A DNA stretch of 64,000 bases from Candidatus Binatia bacterium (GTDB taxonomy: Bacteria > Desulfobacterota > Binatia > UBA9968 > JAJDTQ01): contig OY762897.2 of assembly GCA_963666515.2 (NCBI GenBank), forward strand, positions 1,056,001 through 1,120,000, in the 5' to 3' direction. Shown here piece by piece: positions 1-11,293 of this stretch. The position numbers and the translations under genes were made by a program. How positions within the stretch are numbered: position 1 is the stretch's first letter; every line of letters starts with the position of its first letter. Below the pieces are notes generated by a model. That model saw nothing but the letters and a program-made list of their open reading frames with translations. It did not search any database and was not told the DNA's origin.

Positions 1-1743
1 GGGCGACTCGAAGTACTTGCGGATGCCCAGGGAACCGTCCGGGTCGATGCGCCAGGACAGCTCGATCCAGAACTCGTCCTCCTCCCACACCTCTCCGAGC
101 CCGGCTTCCGCGTGCGCCTCCCAGGTGGTGTCGAAGGTCTTGCCCTGCCGTTCCAGGGCCACCCGCAGCACCGGCTGGCGGAAGCCGATCCAGCGCGCCG
201 AGTGGGTTTCCTGGCTCATGAGGTCGTGGCGCTCGGAGGCAAGCCCCATGGGCAGCACGTAGTCCGAGAACCACGCGGTCTCGCTCCAGGTGGGGGTGAG
301 GCAGGCGTGGCGCTCCACCTTGGCCTCGTCGCTCAGCATCTCGATCCAGCTCATGCCGTCCGGGTTGGTCCACACCGGGTTGTAGACCCGGGTGAAGTAC
401 ACCGAGAGCTTGCCCCGGCCCTCCTTGACGAGGTGCGGCAGCAGGAAACTCATCTCGAAGAAGGCCAGCGGGTATTCCGGCGGGTACATGAGCGTGTTCC
501 AGACCTTGGCCGGCGGCGGCATCATGGGCGGGGCCGGGATGAACTTGTTCCAGGCGTTGGGAGCGGTGCCGCCGGGAGTGCCGACCGCGCCCATCAGCAC
601 CACCAGGAACTCCAGCGCCCGGGCCACCTCCCAGCCGCCCAGGTTGCCGGCCGCGGCGTTGCGCCACACGTGGGTGGCCAGAGCCGAGCCGGCGCGTGCC
701 ACCTCGCGGGCAACCTCCACGATCATGGCCGCGTCCACGCCGGACTCGGCCGCGGCGAACTCCGGGGTGTATTCCCCGTAGATGTCCTTCAGGATCTCCT
801 CGAACCGTTCGAAGGTCTGCGGCCCGTCCGGGTGCTCCTGCCGCAGGAACTGCTCCCAGTTGACCCACTTCCGCACGAACTCGCGGTCGTAGAGGCCCTC
901 CTGGAGCAGCACGTTGCAGATGGACAGCAGCACCGCGGCCTCGGTGCCGGGCCAGGTGGGCAGCCAGTAGTCGGCCTTGGACGCGGTGTTCGACAGCCGG
1001 GTGTCGATGACGGCGACCTTGGCGCCCCGTTCCTTGGCCTCGATGATGCGCTGGGCGTGGGGGTTGAAGTAGTGGCCGGTCTCCAGGTGCGAGCTGAGCA
1101 GCAGCATGAAGCGGGCGTTGGCGTGGTCCGGCGACGGGCGGTCGATGCCGCACCAGAAGGCGTAGCCCGTGCGCGCCCCCGCGGAGCAGACGTTGGTGTG
1201 GCTGTTGTGGGCGTCTATGCCCCAGGCGTGCATGATGCGCTGGTGGTAGAGCAGCTCATGGCCGGGGCGTCCCACGTGGTACATGATCTCGTTGCGCCGG
1301 TCTTCCTCGATGGCCTTGCGGATCCTTCCGGCCAGGTCGTCCAGGGCCTCGTCCCATGTCACCCGCTCCCACTGGCCGCCGCCGCGCTCGCCCACCCGCT
1401 TCATGGGGTAGAGGATGCGCTCGGGGTCGTAAACCTGGTTGATGGTGGCGGGTCCCTTGGCGCAGTTCCGGCCGCGGCTTCCGGGGTGCTCCGGGTTGCC
1501 CTCGAACTTGCGCACCTTGAGCGTTTCCTTGTCCACGTAGGCCAGCAGCCCGCAGGCGGCCTCGCAGTTGAAGCAGATGGTCGGCACGAGGTCGTAGTTG
1601 CGTTCCACGCGCCTGGGCCAGGCGGCCGCGTCGTATTCGGTCCAGTCCGACCAGCGTTCCCGGGGCGGAAAGCTCCGGAGTCCTCCCTGCGGCGGCTCGA
1701 GGTTGGCGGCGTCGGGGCTCAGAGGTTGCGGTTCGTTCTTCAT
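1..1743 (-). CDS. Molybdopterin (Mo-bisPGD, DMSO-reductase family) oxidoreductase catalytic subunit, runs off window edge
   Basis: Manually translated from ATG at 1743 (absent from ORF track): MKNEPQ...PTICFNCEAACG...GRNCAKG (4Fe-4S), ERILYPMKR, TWDEALD, NSHTNVCS, TWSETAWFSDYVLP; frame open to base 1. Confidence 0.92.
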   Translation of the reverse strand, partial: MKNEPQPLSPDAANLEPPQGGLRSFPPRERWSDWTEYDAAAWPRRVERNYDLVPTICFNCEAACGLLAYVDKETLKVRKFEGNPEHPGSRGRNCAKGPATINQVYDPERILYPMKRVGERGGGQWERVTWDEALDDLAGRIRKAIEEDRRNEIMYHVGRPGHELLYHQRIMHAWGIDAHNSHTNVCSAGARTGYAFWCGIDRPSPDHANARFMLLLSSHLETGHYFNPHAQRIIEAKERGAKVAVIDTRLSNTASKADYWLPTWPGTEAAVLLSICNVLLQEGLYDREFVRKWVNWEQFLRQEHPDGPQTFERFEEILKDIYGEYTPEFAAAESGVDAAMIVEVAREVARAGSALATHVWRNAAAGNLGGWEVARALEFLVVLMGAVGTPGGTAPNAWNKFIPAPPMMPPPAKVWNTLMYPPEYPLAFFEMSFLLPHLVKEGRGKLSVYFTRVYNPVWTNPDGMSWIEMLSDEAKVERHACLTPTWSETAWFSDYVLPMGLASERHDLMSQETHSARWIGFRQPVLRVALERQGKTFDTTWEAHAEAGLGEVWEEDEFWIELSWRIDPDGSLGIRKYFESP

Positions 1744-1799
1744 TGCGGGGGATTTCCTTGTTCGAAGTCTGTCCGAGTCGAGTTGGCTTGTTCGGCAGC

Positions 1800-3335
1800 C
1801 TAGCTGAGCGGCACGGACTGCCCGGCCTCGACCCACAGGTTCTCGAACGCCCAGAGTCCTACCAGGGCCAGCACGGCGGACAGGGGATGCAGGAACCATG
1901 CGGCTTCCGCCTGCATGCACGCCCACAACAGGAACACCGCTGGGAGAAGAACGCCCACGGCCATGAACAGGCCCCAGAACTTCTCTCGCAGCGCGCCGCA
2001 GGTCAGCAGTTCGGTGGCGCGACGGACGTCCTCGCTGACAGGCGTCAGAAACACCTCACCGAGCACCAGGCCGCCGGTCATGGCCAGCGAGACCAGCAGG
2101 ATGGTGCCGACGGCCGTCATCACCTGGGCGTCGAGGCCGGCCGCCAGCCCCACCAGCAGCAGCGTGGCGGCGCCGGCGCTGACCGCCTGGGCCAGCAGGT
2201 GCCAGAAGAAGAGTGGACTCTGCCACAGGTCGCGGCCCTTGGCTTGGGCGAAGAGGAACGCGGTATAGCCCGCTGCGCCGATGCCGAAGACGACGCAGGC
2301 AGCGACCACCCATTCCGGCATCCCGCCTGTGCCGATGCCATAGCCCAGCCACAGGAGGCTGGCGAGCGAGTAGGCCATGAGGATGTAGCCTCCAAGCACC
2401 AGCCACGAGCGCGGGTTGGGCTTGGTCAGCAGGTAGTAGAAGCGGTCGGGCCGCTTGAGGTCGAACACCAGAAGGCCGGTGGTGAGCACGGTGAAGACCA
2501 GCGCGATGAGCGGACTCACGGTGGTCAGCACCGCACCTTCCTGAAGGCGCCCCAGGACCATCAGCAACGCCGCTACCAGCAGGACGCCCGAACCGATGGA
2601 CTTGGTCCACAGGTAGGCGGCGATCTTCGACCCCCAGGGCCGCGGGTGCGGCACGTCGTAGACCTCGCGGGCGCCGCCCGGCACCGGGCTCCCGTGTCTG
2701 GAAGCGGAGAGGGCGTACAGGTCTTCGCCGGGATACTTGTCGGCCCAGAAGTGGGTGTCGCCGGTCTCCGTCATGGTGGGCTGGAGCGCGTCTTCCTCGA
2801 CGCCTACGTAGAAGAGCTTGGGGTGGGTGCCCTTGTGGGGTTTTCTGAGAGACACCTTGCGCGTCGCCACGGTGCGGGCGATGGGGCTCTCCGGATCGTC
2901 GAGGTCGCCGGACATGATGGCCTGGGTGGGACACACCACCTCGCAGGCCGGCTGCAGCCCCAACTCCACCCGGTGCGCGCAGAAGTTGCATTTGGCCGCG
3001 GTGTTGTGGTCGGGGTCGATGTACAGGGCGTCGTAGGGGCACGCCTGCATGCACGACTTGCAGCCGATGCAGCGGTCGTTGTCGAAGTCCACGATGCCGT
3101 TGGGGCTCCGGTAGAGCGCCACCGTGGGACAGATCTCGATGCACGGAGCGTCGTCGCAATGGTTGCACCGGAGCACCGCGAAATGGCGGCTGGTGGCCGG
3201 AAAGGCGCCCTTCTCGATGTACTTGACCCAGGTCCGGTTCACCCCCACGGGCACGTCGTGCTCGTCCTTGCAGGCCACGGTGCAGGCGTGGCAGCCGATG
3301 CAGCGGTTCTGGTCGATGACAAATCCATAACGCAT
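1800..3335 (-). CDS. 4Fe-4S dicluster (NrfC/PsrB-like) fused to NrfD/PsrC membrane anchor
   Basis: CIGCHACTVAC, CNHCDDAPCIEICP, CIGCKSCMQACPY, KCNFC then hydrophobic NrfD region (DLKRPDRF, SWLVLG); GGAGG before ATG 3335. Confidence 0.92.
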   Translation of the reverse strand: MRYGFVIDQNRCIGCHACTVACKDEHDVPVGVNRTWVKYIEKGAFPATSRHFAVLRCNHCDDAPCIEICPTVALYRSPNGIVDFDNDRCIGCKSCMQACPYDALYIDPDHNTAAKCNFCAHRVELGLQPACEVVCPTQAIMSGDLDDPESPIARTVATRKVSLRKPHKGTHPKLFYVGVEEDALQPTMTETGDTHFWADKYPGEDLYALSASRHGSPVPGGAREVYDVPHPRPWGSKIAAYLWTKSIGSGVLLVAALLMVLGRLQEGAVLTTVSPLIALVFTVLTTGLLVFDLKRPDRFYYLLTKPNPRSWLVLGGYILMAYSLASLLWLGYGIGTGGMPEWVVAACVVFGIGAAGYTAFLFAQAKGRDLWQSPLFFWHLLAQAVSAGAATLLLVGLAAGLDAQVMTAVGTILLVSLAMTGGLVLGEVFLTPVSEDVRRATELLTCGALREKFWGLFMAVGVLLPAVFLLWACMQAEAAWFLHPLSAVLALVGLWAFENLWVEAGQSVPLS

Positions 3336-3446
3336 GAGTGCCTCCAAGCGGCTATATATCCACCTGCACTCCGGGCAGTCAAACAGCGGGGCAGTGAGAT
3401 GGGTCCAGAATGTCCGAAGATTGCCGGATGCATACCTCTTGCGCTA

Positions 3447-3467
3447 TGGTACTCCATCAGAGCACCA
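3447..3467. promoter_or_regulatory. Candidate antitoxin operator (inverted repeat)
   Basis: TGGTACTC-catca-GAGCACCA, one mismatch, about 35 bp upstream of the antitoxin start. Confidence 0.4.
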
Positions 3468-3500
3468 CAGCGAAGGAGTCCCACGGCGAAAGGATCGGTC

Positions 3501-3794
3501 ATGGGTGTCCACAAGCAGAGCGTCTCTTTCACCGAAGCGGCATTCGCATTTGCCCGGGAACTCGTCGATCGGGGCGAATACCCGAATGTCAGTGCTGCGG
3601 TTTCTGGAGAACTCGTGCGTGCAAAGGCGGTAAGGGAGAGGGAGCGGACACTTCTCGACGCAGAAGTCGAACGCCGCCTGCGCCTGCCGCTCGACCGGTG
3701 GGAGCCGGTTGGCGCACTTGATGAGGTGACCCGGGGCGCCCGCGCCCTTCTCGGCAAGATCGCCAAGTCAAAGGACGGCGTCTCGCAAGAATGA
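3501..3794 (+). CDS. ParD-like ribbon-helix-helix antitoxin
   Basis: MGVHKQSVSFTE...LVDRGEYPNVSAAV; 97 aa; overlaps toxin start. Confidence 0.8.
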   Translation: MGVHKQSVSFTEAAFAFARELVDRGEYPNVSAAVSGELVRAKAVRERERTLLDAEVERRLRLPLDRWEPVGALDEVTRGARALLGKIAKSKDGVSQE

Positions 3795-4123
3795 TGCGCC
3801 AGATTCGGCATCCCCTTGTCGAGCGAGATGTCATCGCGATAGCCGAGCACATCGTGGAGACTACGGGCGGGGACATCGGCGCCGCAGAGCGCCGGCTCGA
3901 TGAGATCGACGACCTGTTGTCCGACATCGCCCGAAATCCGTTTTCCGGCGTCCGTCTGTCCGGCCAGCTCGAAGGCTGGCTTGTACGCCATGGCGGGCGA
4001 GATCGCAGGATCACGATCGTCTTCCGTCCGGATCCCATCGCGCAACACCTCCATATCGCACTCATCGCCTTCGGGGGTCAGGACTGGTTGAGGAAAAGCA
4101 TCGCCAGACGAGACGTCGAGTGA
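3791..4123 (+). CDS. RelE/ParE-family toxin
   Basis: 110 aa; DVIAIAEHI...NPFSG...ITIVF...IAFGGQDW; coupled to antitoxin. Confidence 0.75.
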   Translation: MMRQIRHPLVERDVIAIAEHIVETTGGDIGAAERRLDEIDDLLSDIARNPFSGVRLSGQLEGWLVRHGGRDRRITIVFRPDPIAQHLHIALIAFGGQDWLRKSIARRDVE

Positions 4124-4211
4124 GTGGTCGAGGCGGCAACAGATTTTCGCGGTCGGATGGCTGCTCATGGCAGCTTGCCTCGCCGCGGCCGAACCGGTAG
4201 AACCTTCCGCC

Positions 4212-5123
4212 ATGCCGAAGCTCCGCAGTCTTCGAGAGGCCATTGCCGAGGAGATCGAGGACGGCATGTCCGTCTTCATGGGGGCTGCGTTGGAGTCGCT
4301 CATCCCCTTCGCCGCCGGCTACGAGATCATCCGCCAGCGCAAGCGCGATCTCACGCTGATGACCACCATCTCCGACATGCAGTTCGACCAACTCATCGGC
4401 GCGGGCTGCGCCGCCAGGGTGTGCGGGGCATGGGTCGGCAACGTGGCGGCGGGCCTTGGGCACAACTACCGGCGCGCGGTGGAGCGGCAGGAGCCGGGGC
4501 CGCTGGCGGTGGAGAACCATTCCAACTTCTCCATGGCCCTGGGCCTCAAGGCCGCGGCCTTGGGCGTGCCGTTCCTGCCCACGCGGACGCTTATGGGCAG
4601 CGACTTCCGGGAGGAGAAGTCGTTCGCCAGCGTGGTGTGTCCGTTCACCGACGAGAATATGCTGGCGGTGCAGGCGGTCAAGCCGGACGTCGCCATCCTG
4701 CACGTGCAGCGCGCGGACGAGGAGGGCAACGCTCACGTCTGGGGCAATCTCGGAGTCACCCAGGACGCGGCCATGGCGGCGGGGAAGGTGGTGCTTACCT
4801 GTGAGGAGATCGTCTCTCACGAGGTCATTTTGAGCGACCCCAACCGGACGTTGGTTCCGGGATTCCTGGTGGCGGCGGTGGCGTGCGTCCCGTTGGGCTC
4901 CCATCCATCGCCGACACAGGGATACAGCCGCCGCGATGACGACTTCTATTTCAGCTATCATGCCCAGTCCCGCGACCGCGCCGGATTCGACGACTGGCTC
5001 GACCGATGGGTGCTGGGGGTAGACGCGCACGACGGCTACCTGGAGCGGCTCGGGAGCGAGCGGGTGGCGCAACTCAAACCCGCGCGCAGCCACATGGCCG
5101 CGCCGGTGAGCTATGGCTACTAG
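4212..5123 (+). CDS. CoA-transferase subunit A (GctA/PcaI-like)
   Basis: EIIRQRKRDLTL, LGVPFLP, PDVAILHVQRADEEGNA, HPSPTQGY. Confidence 0.9.
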   Translation: MPKLRSLREAIAEEIEDGMSVFMGAALESLIPFAAGYEIIRQRKRDLTLMTTISDMQFDQLIGAGCAARVCGAWVGNVAAGLGHNYRRAVERQEPGPLAVENHSNFSMALGLKAAALGVPFLPTRTLMGSDFREEKSFASVVCPFTDENMLAVQAVKPDVAILHVQRADEEGNAHVWGNLGVTQDAAMAAGKVVLTCEEIVSHEVILSDPNRTLVPGFLVAAVACVPLGSHPSPTQGYSRRDDDFYFSYHAQSRDRAGFDDWLDRWVLGVDAHDGYLERLGSERVAQLKPARSHMAAPVSYGY

Positions 5124-5215
5124 CGGCCTGCCCATTGAAACCCGTCGCCGGGAATGCTACCGGGAACGGAACGCGGCGGCGGTGGAGGCATCGTGACCCT
5201 TCCGTTACGGACCCC

Positions 5216-5971
5216 ATGGACTACACGCGGCGAGAGTTGATGGTCATTGCAGCGGCCCGCGAGATTCGCGACGGCGAGCGCGTGTTCGTAGGCATGCGGC
5301 TGCCGCTGCTGGGGTTCGCGGTGGCGAAGGAGCTGCACGCGCCCGGCGCCATCGGCATCTTCGAGAGCGGCGTGGTGCGGGACTGGCCGGCGCTGGAGCC
5401 GATCTTCACCATGAGCGACCCGCCCAACGTGGCCGGCGCGCTGTTCTGCTGCGGCCTGATCGAGGTCATGAGCCTGCTTCAGAGCGGACGTGTGGAAATG
5501 GGATTCATCGGCGGCGCGGAGGTCGATTGCCACGGCAACCTCAACACCCATTGGGTCGGAGACGACGGCAAGCGGCTGCGCCTTCCGGGAAGCGGGGGCG
5601 CCGCGGACATCGCCACCCTGGCGGGCCGGTGCGTCATCATCATGAACCACGAGCGGCGCCGTTTCGTGCCCCGGGTGCAGTACATCACCTCGCCGGGTTA
5701 CGGCGACGGCGCCGGCTGGCGCGAACAGCACGGCCTTTCCGGCGGCGGACCGAGCCGGACCATCAGCAGCCTCGGCATCTTCTCGTTCGACCCGGCGACC
5801 CGCGAGATGCAGATCGAATCCTATCATCCCGGAGTGACGGTGCAGGAAATCAGGGACGAGACGGACTGGCCGCTCAAGGTGGCGCCGGACGCCGCCGAGA
5901 CCCCCGAGCCGTCACGGGAAGAGATCCTGGCCGTGAGAAAGTACGACCCACAAGGGGTCTGGACGTCATGA
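5216..5971 (+). CDS. CoA-transferase subunit B (GctB-like)
   Basis: AAAREIRDGE, FESG, GFIGGAEVDCHGNLN, RLPGSGGAADIA. Confidence 0.9.
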   Translation: MDYTRRELMVIAAAREIRDGERVFVGMRLPLLGFAVAKELHAPGAIGIFESGVVRDWPALEPIFTMSDPPNVAGALFCCGLIEVMSLLQSGRVEMGFIGGAEVDCHGNLNTHWVGDDGKRLRLPGSGGAADIATLAGRCVIIMNHERRRFVPRVQYITSPGYGDGAGWREQHGLSGGGPSRTISSLGIFSFDPATREMQIESYHPGVTVQEIRDETDWPLKVAPDAAETPEPSREEILAVRKYDPQGVWTS

Positions 5972-6000
5972 CCGCCGACCGCGCCGCCGGATAATCTCCC

Positions 6001-8295
6001 ATGCTCATCGTCGTCCTCTCCGGTTTCGTCCTGGCCCTGCTGGCGCCGACTCTGTACCGACTGAGCGCGCGCTGGTCGGGATGCGTCTTCTCGCTGTTCC
6101 CCGCGGTCCTGGCGCTCTGGTTCCTGAGCCACATGGGAGAGGTGGTGGGCGGCCACGGGCTCCGGTTCACCTATCCCTGGATCCCGGCCATGGGGCTGGA
6201 GCTGTCCTTCAACCTGGACGGCCTGGGGCTGCTGTTCGCCCTGGCCATCACGGTGGTGGGGACGCTGATCATCACCTACGCCGGCAGCTACCTTCACGGC
6301 CATCCGTCGCTGCCGCGTTTCTACCTGTTCATCCTCATGTTCATGGCGTCCATGCTGGGCGTCGTCCTGTCCGACAACCTCATCGCGCTATTCGTGTTCT
6401 GGGAACTGACCAGCGTCACGTCCTACTTCCTGATCGGCTTCGAGCACGACAAGGACACGGCCCGGGCCGCGGCGCTGCAGGCGCTGATCGTGACCGGCAC
6501 CGGCGGCCTGGCGCTCATGGCGGGCGTGCTGCTCATGGGGCAGATCGGCGGCAGCTTCGAGATATCCGCGCTGGCCGCGGACAGCGCCGCGGTGCAGGGG
6601 CATCGCCTCTATCCGCTGGTGCTGGCGCTGGTCTTCGCCGGCGCATTCACCAAGTCGGCCCAGGTGCCGTTCCATTTCTGGCTGCCGTCGGCCATGGAGG
6701 CGCCCACGCCGGTGAGCGCGTACCTCCACTCCGCCACCATGGTCAAGGCCGGCGTCTATCTGCTGGCGCGGCTCAGCCCGGTGCTCGGCGGCAGCGACAT
6801 CTGGCTCTACGTGGTCACCGGCTTCGGCGCCGCCACCATGCTGGCAAGCGCGTACCAGGCGCTCTACCAGACCGATCTCAAGAAGATCCTGGCCTACTCC
6901 ACGGTGAGCGTCCTGGGCACCCTCACCATGCTGCTTGGCCTCGGCAGCAAGTATGCCATTCAGGCGGCCATGGTCTTTCTCATGGCCCACGTGCTCTACA
7001 AGGCGGCGCTGTTCCTGGTGGCCGGGTCCATCGACCACGAGACCGGCACCCGCGACGTCCGGCAGCTCGGCGGGCTGCGCAAGACCATGCCCATCATCTG
7101 CGCCGGCGCCGCGGTGGGCGCGCTCTCCATGGCCGGTCTGCCGCCGTTCTTCGGCTTCATCGGCAAGGAGGCGCTCTACGAGGCGCTGACCCACGACAAC
7201 GTGCTGGTGACAGTGGTGGGCGTGTTGACCAGCATGTTGCTCTTTGCCGTGGCTTGGCTGGCGGGCATCCGGCCGTTTTCCGGTGAGGAGACCCACACGC
7301 CCAAGCACCCCCACGACCCGCCCTGGACCATGTGGCTCGGTCCGGTGTTCCTGGGTTGCCTGAGCGTGCTGTTCGGGCTGATGCCGGCGCTGCCGGAGAA
7401 GCTCCTGTCGGCCGCCGCGGGGTCGGTGCTGGCCAAGGAAGTGCACATGCACCTGGCGCTGTGGCACGGGTTCAATGCGCTACTGGTGCTGAGCCTGGTG
7501 ACGTTCGGGCTGGGGGTGCTGGTATACCTGAACCTTGCCAAGCTGCAGAAGGTCACGGAGTTCGCGCTGCCGGCAGTCCGATGCGGACCGTCCCACTGGT
7601 ACGCGTTGTGGCTCCGTTTCCTCAACTGGTCGGCGGTGGGCCAGACCCGGGTGCTTCAGAACGGCTACCTGCGGCTCTACCTCGCCACAATCATGACGGT
7701 CACCGCGGTGCTCGCCTGGTACACCTTTCTCGCCCACGGGGACGCCGGCGTGATCGAGTTCAACTGGGGCGACATCGGCGTCCACGAGTGGGTGCTGGGT
7801 CTCGTGGCGCTGGCGGCGGCCATCGCCACGGTCAGGGCGAAGACCTTCCTGCGCGCGGTGGTGGCCCTCGGGGTGGTGGGCTACAGCGTGGCGCTGTTCT
7901 TCGTCCTCTACGGCGCCCCCGACCTCGCCATGACGCAGTTCCTCATCGAGACCCTGTCGCTCATCCTGTTCGTGTTCGTCTTCTACTACATGCCCCCGTT
8001 CAAGCGGTTCTCCACCCGCCCGGTGATGGCGCGGCACGCGGCCATCGGCGCCGCGGTGGGCGCGCTGTTCACGCTGCTGGTGCTGGTGGCCACCTCGGTC
8101 CAGTGGCATCCGACCATCTCCACCTACTTCTCGCAGAACTCGTACCTGATGGGGCAGGGACGGAACATCGTGAACGTGATCCTGGTGGACTTCAGGGGCT
8201 TCGACACGCTCGGCGAGATAACGGTGCTGGCGGTGGCCGGCATCGGCGTCTACTCGCTCATCAGGCTCAGGCTCGGGAAGAGGAGGGACTCGTGA
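6001..8295 (+). CDS. mrpA: Na+/H+ antiporter subunit A
   Basis: [59 protein letters not shown]. Confidence 0.95.
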   Translation: MLIVVLSGFVLALLAPTLYRLSARWSGCVFSLFPAVLALWFLSHMGEVVGGHGLRFTYPWIPAMGLELSFNLDGLGLLFALAITVVGTLIITYAGSYLHGHPSLPRFYLFILMFMASMLGVVLSDNLIALFVFWELTSVTSYFLIGFEHDKDTARAAALQALIVTGTGGLALMAGVLLMGQIGGSFEISALAADSAAVQGHRLYPLVLALVFAGAFTKSAQVPFHFWLPSAMEAPTPVSAYLHSATMVKAGVYLLARLSPVLGGSDIWLYVVTGFGAATMLASAYQALYQTDLKKILAYSTVSVLGTLTMLLGLGSKYAIQAAMVFLMAHVLYKAALFLVAGSIDHETGTRDVRQLGGLRKTMPIICAGAAVGALSMAGLPPFFGFIGKEALYEALTHDNVLVTVVGVLTSMLLFAVAWLAGIRPFSGEETHTPKHPHDPPWTMWLGPVFLGCLSVLFGLMPALPEKLLSAAAGSVLAKEVHMHLALWHGFNALLVLSLVTFGLGVLVYLNLAKLQKVTEFALPAVRCGPSHWYALWLRFLNWSAVGQTRVLQNGYLRLYLATIMTVTAVLAWYTFLAHGDAGVIEFNWGDIGVHEWVLGLVALAAAIATVRAKTFLRAVVALGVVGYSVALFFVLYGAPDLAMTQFLIETLSLILFVFVFYYMPPFKRFSTRPVMARHAAIGAAVGALFTLLVLVATSVQWHPTISTYFSQNSYLMGQGRNIVNVILVDFRGFDTLGEITVLAVAGIGVYSLIRLRLGKRRDS

Positions 8296-8714
8296 ACTCG
8301 CTGATTCTCAGGACGGCCAGCCGTTTCCTGCTGATCCTGCTGTTCCAGTTCTCCATCTTCCTGCTGCTGCGGGGGCACAACGACCCCGGCGGCGGCTTCG
8401 TCGGCGGGCTGGTGCTGGCCGCGGCGCTGACCCTCTACGCCATCGCCTACGACGTGCGCTCCATGCGCCGTTTCCTGCCGTGCCGGGCCCAGACCATCAT
8501 CGCCTGGGGCCTGCTGGCCGCGGGCGGGAGCGGCCTGTGGTCCATGTTCAAGGGGCAGCCGTTCATGACCGGCCAGTGGGCGCACGTCTACATCTTCGGC
8601 CTGGACCTGCACCTGGGCACGCCGCTGCTCTTCGACATCGGCGTCTACCTGACGGTGGTGGGGGTGGTGCTCATCATCATCATCAGCCTGGCGGAGGAAG
8701 TGGAGGACGACTAG
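8292..8714 (+). CDS. mrpB: Na+/H+ antiporter subunit B
   Basis: GTG start overlapping mrpA stop; [22 protein letters not shown]. Confidence 0.93.
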   Translation: MNSLILRTASRFLLILLFQFSIFLLLRGHNDPGGGFVGGLVLAAALTLYAIAYDVRSMRRFLPCRAQTIIAWGLLAAGGSGLWSMFKGQPFMTGQWAHVYIFGLDLHLGTPLLFDIGVYLTVVGVVLIIIISLAEEVEDD

Positions 8715-9061
8715 TGGAAGCCCTGCTCGCCATCGTCATCGGCGTTCTCTATGCCTCCGGCGTCTACATGCTCATGCGCCGGAGCATCGTGAAGCTCATC
8801 ATCGGGCTGGCGCTCCTGGCCCACGGCGCGAGCCTGCTGGTGTTCACCGCCGCGGGCCTCACCCGCGCGGTCCCGCCGGTGATACCCGAGGGGGCCAAGG
8901 CCATCACCGGAACGGTGGCGGACCCGCTGCCCCAGGCGTTGATCCTCACGGCCATCGTCATCAGCTTCGGCGTGCAGGCCTTCGCCATGGTGCTGGCCTA
9001 CCGGGCGTATCAGACCGTGGGCACCGACGACCTCGACGACATGAAGGCAACCGACACGTGA
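8714..9061 (+). CDS. mrpC: Na+/H+ antiporter subunit C
   Basis: [17 protein letters not shown]. Confidence 0.93.
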   Translation: MEALLAIVIGVLYASGVYMLMRRSIVKLIIGLALLAHGASLLVFTAAGLTRAVPPVIPEGAKAITGTVADPLPQALILTAIVISFGVQAFAMVLAYRAYQTVGTDDLDDMKATDT

Positions 9062-10557
9062 ACTCGCTCATCGCCCTGCCCATACTGATCCCCCTGTTCG
9101 TGGGGGCCGCCTGCGTGGTGGTGTGGCGCTACGTGAGCGCACAGCGGATCCTCACCCTGGCCGGCAGCATCGTCTACCTCGCGGTCGCCGTGGTGTTGCT
9201 GGAACGCGTCGCCTCGGAGGGAATCCAGGCGGTGCAGAAGGGCGCCTGGATCGCCCCCTTCGGCATCACGATCGTGGCCGACATGTTCAGCGCCGTCATG
9301 ATCGCCACCACCGGGGTGGTGACGCTGGTGATCGTCGTCTACTCGCTGGGCTCCATGGACCGCGACCGGGAGGCCTGGGGCTACTACCCGCTGTTCAACA
9401 TCCTCATCATGGGCGTGTCCGGCGCCTTCCTGACCGGCGACATCTTCAACCTGTTCGTCTGGTTCGAGGTGCTCTTGATCTCGTCCTTCGTGCTGCTGGC
9501 GCTGGGCGGCGAGCGCGCGCAACTCGAAGGCGCCATCAAGTACGTCACCCTCAACCTGGTGGCGTCGGCGTTCTTCCTGGCCGCGGTGGGCATCCTCTAC
9601 GCCATGGCCGGCTCCCTCAACATGGCGGACCTGTCGGTGCGGCTCCGGGACGTGGCGCAGCCGGGCCTGGTGACCACCCTCGCCATCCTGTTCCTGGTGG
9701 CTTTCGGCATCAAGGGCGCCATCTTCCCGTTGTTCTTCTGGCTGCCGGCCTCCTACCACACGCCGCCGGTGGCGATCTCCGGAATCTTCGGCGGGCTGCT
9801 GACCAAGGTCGGCGTGTACGCGCTGATCCGGGTGTTCACGCTGCTGTTCCTGAACAACGTGGACTACACCCACACCATCATCCTGTGGGTGGGCGCCATC
9901 ACCATGGTCACGGGCGTGCTGGGCGCGGTGGCCCAGTACGAGTTCCGGCGGCTCCTGTCGTTCCACATCGTGAGCCAGATCGGCTACATGGTCATGGGCC
10001 TCGGGTTCTTCACCCCGTTGGCCTTGTCGGGCACGGTGTTCTTCATCGTCCACAACATCTTCGTCAAGACCAACCTGTTCCTGGTGAGCGGGGTCTCGCA
10101 CCGGTTCCACGGCACCTACGACCTGAAGAAGCTGGGCGGCCTCTACCGGGCTCACCCGTGGGTGTCCATGCTGTTCCTGCTGTCGGCGTTCTCGCTGGCC
10201 GGGGTGCCGCCGCTTTCCGGGTTCTTCGGCAAGCTGGTGCTGGTCAAGGCCGGGCTCGGCCTGGAGCAGTTCGTGGTGGTGGCCGCGGCCCTGGGGGTGA
10301 GCCTGCTGACGCTCTTTTCCATGACCAAGATCTGGGCCGAGGCGTTCTGGAAGCCCCTGCCGGAGGGGACCGCGGTGAACGCGCCGGGCGGCGGCTTGGC
10401 GCTCATGCTGGGCGCCATCGTGACCCTCGCGGTCCTGGCCGTGGTCATGGGCGTGGCCGCCGGACCCTTCTTCGAGCTGGCGCAACAGGCGGGCGACCAG
10501 TTGACGAACCCGGAGCCGTACATCCGGGCCGTGCTCGGAGCGAGGGGGGGATCATGA
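9058..10557 (+). CDS. mrpD: Na+/H+ antiporter subunit D
   Basis: [38 protein letters not shown]. Confidence 0.95.
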   Translation: MNSLIALPILIPLFVGAACVVVWRYVSAQRILTLAGSIVYLAVAVVLLERVASEGIQAVQKGAWIAPFGITIVADMFSAVMIATTGVVTLVIVVYSLGSMDRDREAWGYYPLFNILIMGVSGAFLTGDIFNLFVWFEVLLISSFVLLALGGERAQLEGAIKYVTLNLVASAFFLAAVGILYAMAGSLNMADLSVRLRDVAQPGLVTTLAILFLVAFGIKGAIFPLFFWLPASYHTPPVAISGIFGGLLTKVGVYALIRVFTLLFLNNVDYTHTIILWVGAITMVTGVLGAVAQYEFRRLLSFHIVSQIGYMVMGLGFFTPLALSGTVFFIVHNIFVKTNLFLVSGVSHRFHGTYDLKKLGGLYRAHPWVSMLFLLSAFSLAGVPPLSGFFGKLVLVKAGLGLEQFVVVAAALGVSLLTLFSMTKIWAEAFWKPLPEGTAVNAPGGGLALMLGAIVTLAVLAVVMGVAAGPFFELAQQAGDQLTNPEPYIRAVLGARGGS

Positions 10558-11027
10558 CCGTTCTCCTTTGGAACATCCTGCTGGCGGTGAGCTGGGCCGC
10601 GTTGACCGGAGAGGTGACGGCGCTGAGCCTCGCCGTGGGCTTCGTCTTCGGCTTCGTGATCCTGTACGCGGTGCGGCGGCTGCTGCGGCCCTCCCGGTAT
10701 TTCGAGAAGCTGTGGCAGAGCGTCCGGCTGGCCTCGCTGTTTGCCTGGGAGCTGCTGCTGGCGAACCTGCGCATCGCCTACGAGGTGGCGACCCCGTCCC
10801 ACAACATGAAGCCCGGGGTGGTGGCGATCCCGCTGGACGCCGAGACCGACGCCGAGATCACGCTGCTGGCGAACCTCATCACCCTGACCCCCGGCACCTT
10901 GAGCCTCGACGTGTCGGACGACCGGCGGGTGCTCTACATCCACGCCATGTACGTGGACGACGCCGAGGAGATGGTCCGGTCCATCAAGGACGGGTTCGAG
11001 AAACGCGTCATGGAGTTGCTGCGATGA
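10554..11027 (+). CDS. mrpE: Na+/H+ antiporter subunit E
   Basis: [24 protein letters not shown]. Confidence 0.93.
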   Translation: MTVLLWNILLAVSWAALTGEVTALSLAVGFVFGFVILYAVRRLLRPSRYFEKLWQSVRLASLFAWELLLANLRIAYEVATPSHNMKPGVVAIPLDAETDAEITLLANLITLTPGTLSLDVSDDRRVLYIHAMYVDDAEEMVRSIKDGFEKRVMELLR

Positions 11028-11293
11028 CGACCCTGGCTTTCGTTCTGCTCGCTGTCATGAGTCTTGGCATCGTGCTGGTCTTCATCCGCCTGCTGCGGGG
11101 TCCCAACATCCCGGACCGGCTGGTGGCGCTGGACCTGCTGACCACCGTGGGGGTCGGGGTCGCCGCCCTCTACGGCATCGCCTTCGACGAGCCGGTGTAC
11201 CTGGACGTGGCCATCGTGCTGGCGCTGGTGGCCTTCCTGGGCACGGTCACGTTCTCCCGCTACATCGAGAAATGGGCACACCATGGTGACTGA
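11024..11293 (+). CDS. mrpF: Na+/H+ antiporter subunit F
   Basis: RLLRGPNIPDRLVALD; three hydrophobic segments. Confidence 0.93.
   Translation: MTTLAFVLLAVMSLGIVLVFIRLLRGPNIPDRLVALDLLTTVGVGVAALYGIAFDEPVYLDVAIVLALVAFLGTVTFSRYIEKWAHHGD

Noticed and set aside
112-1803. Long ORFs such as 112-1803(+), 15930-18728(-), 26962-28998(-), 43665-46556(-)
   Set aside because: Antisense shadows of motif-bearing genes, expected in high-GC DNA
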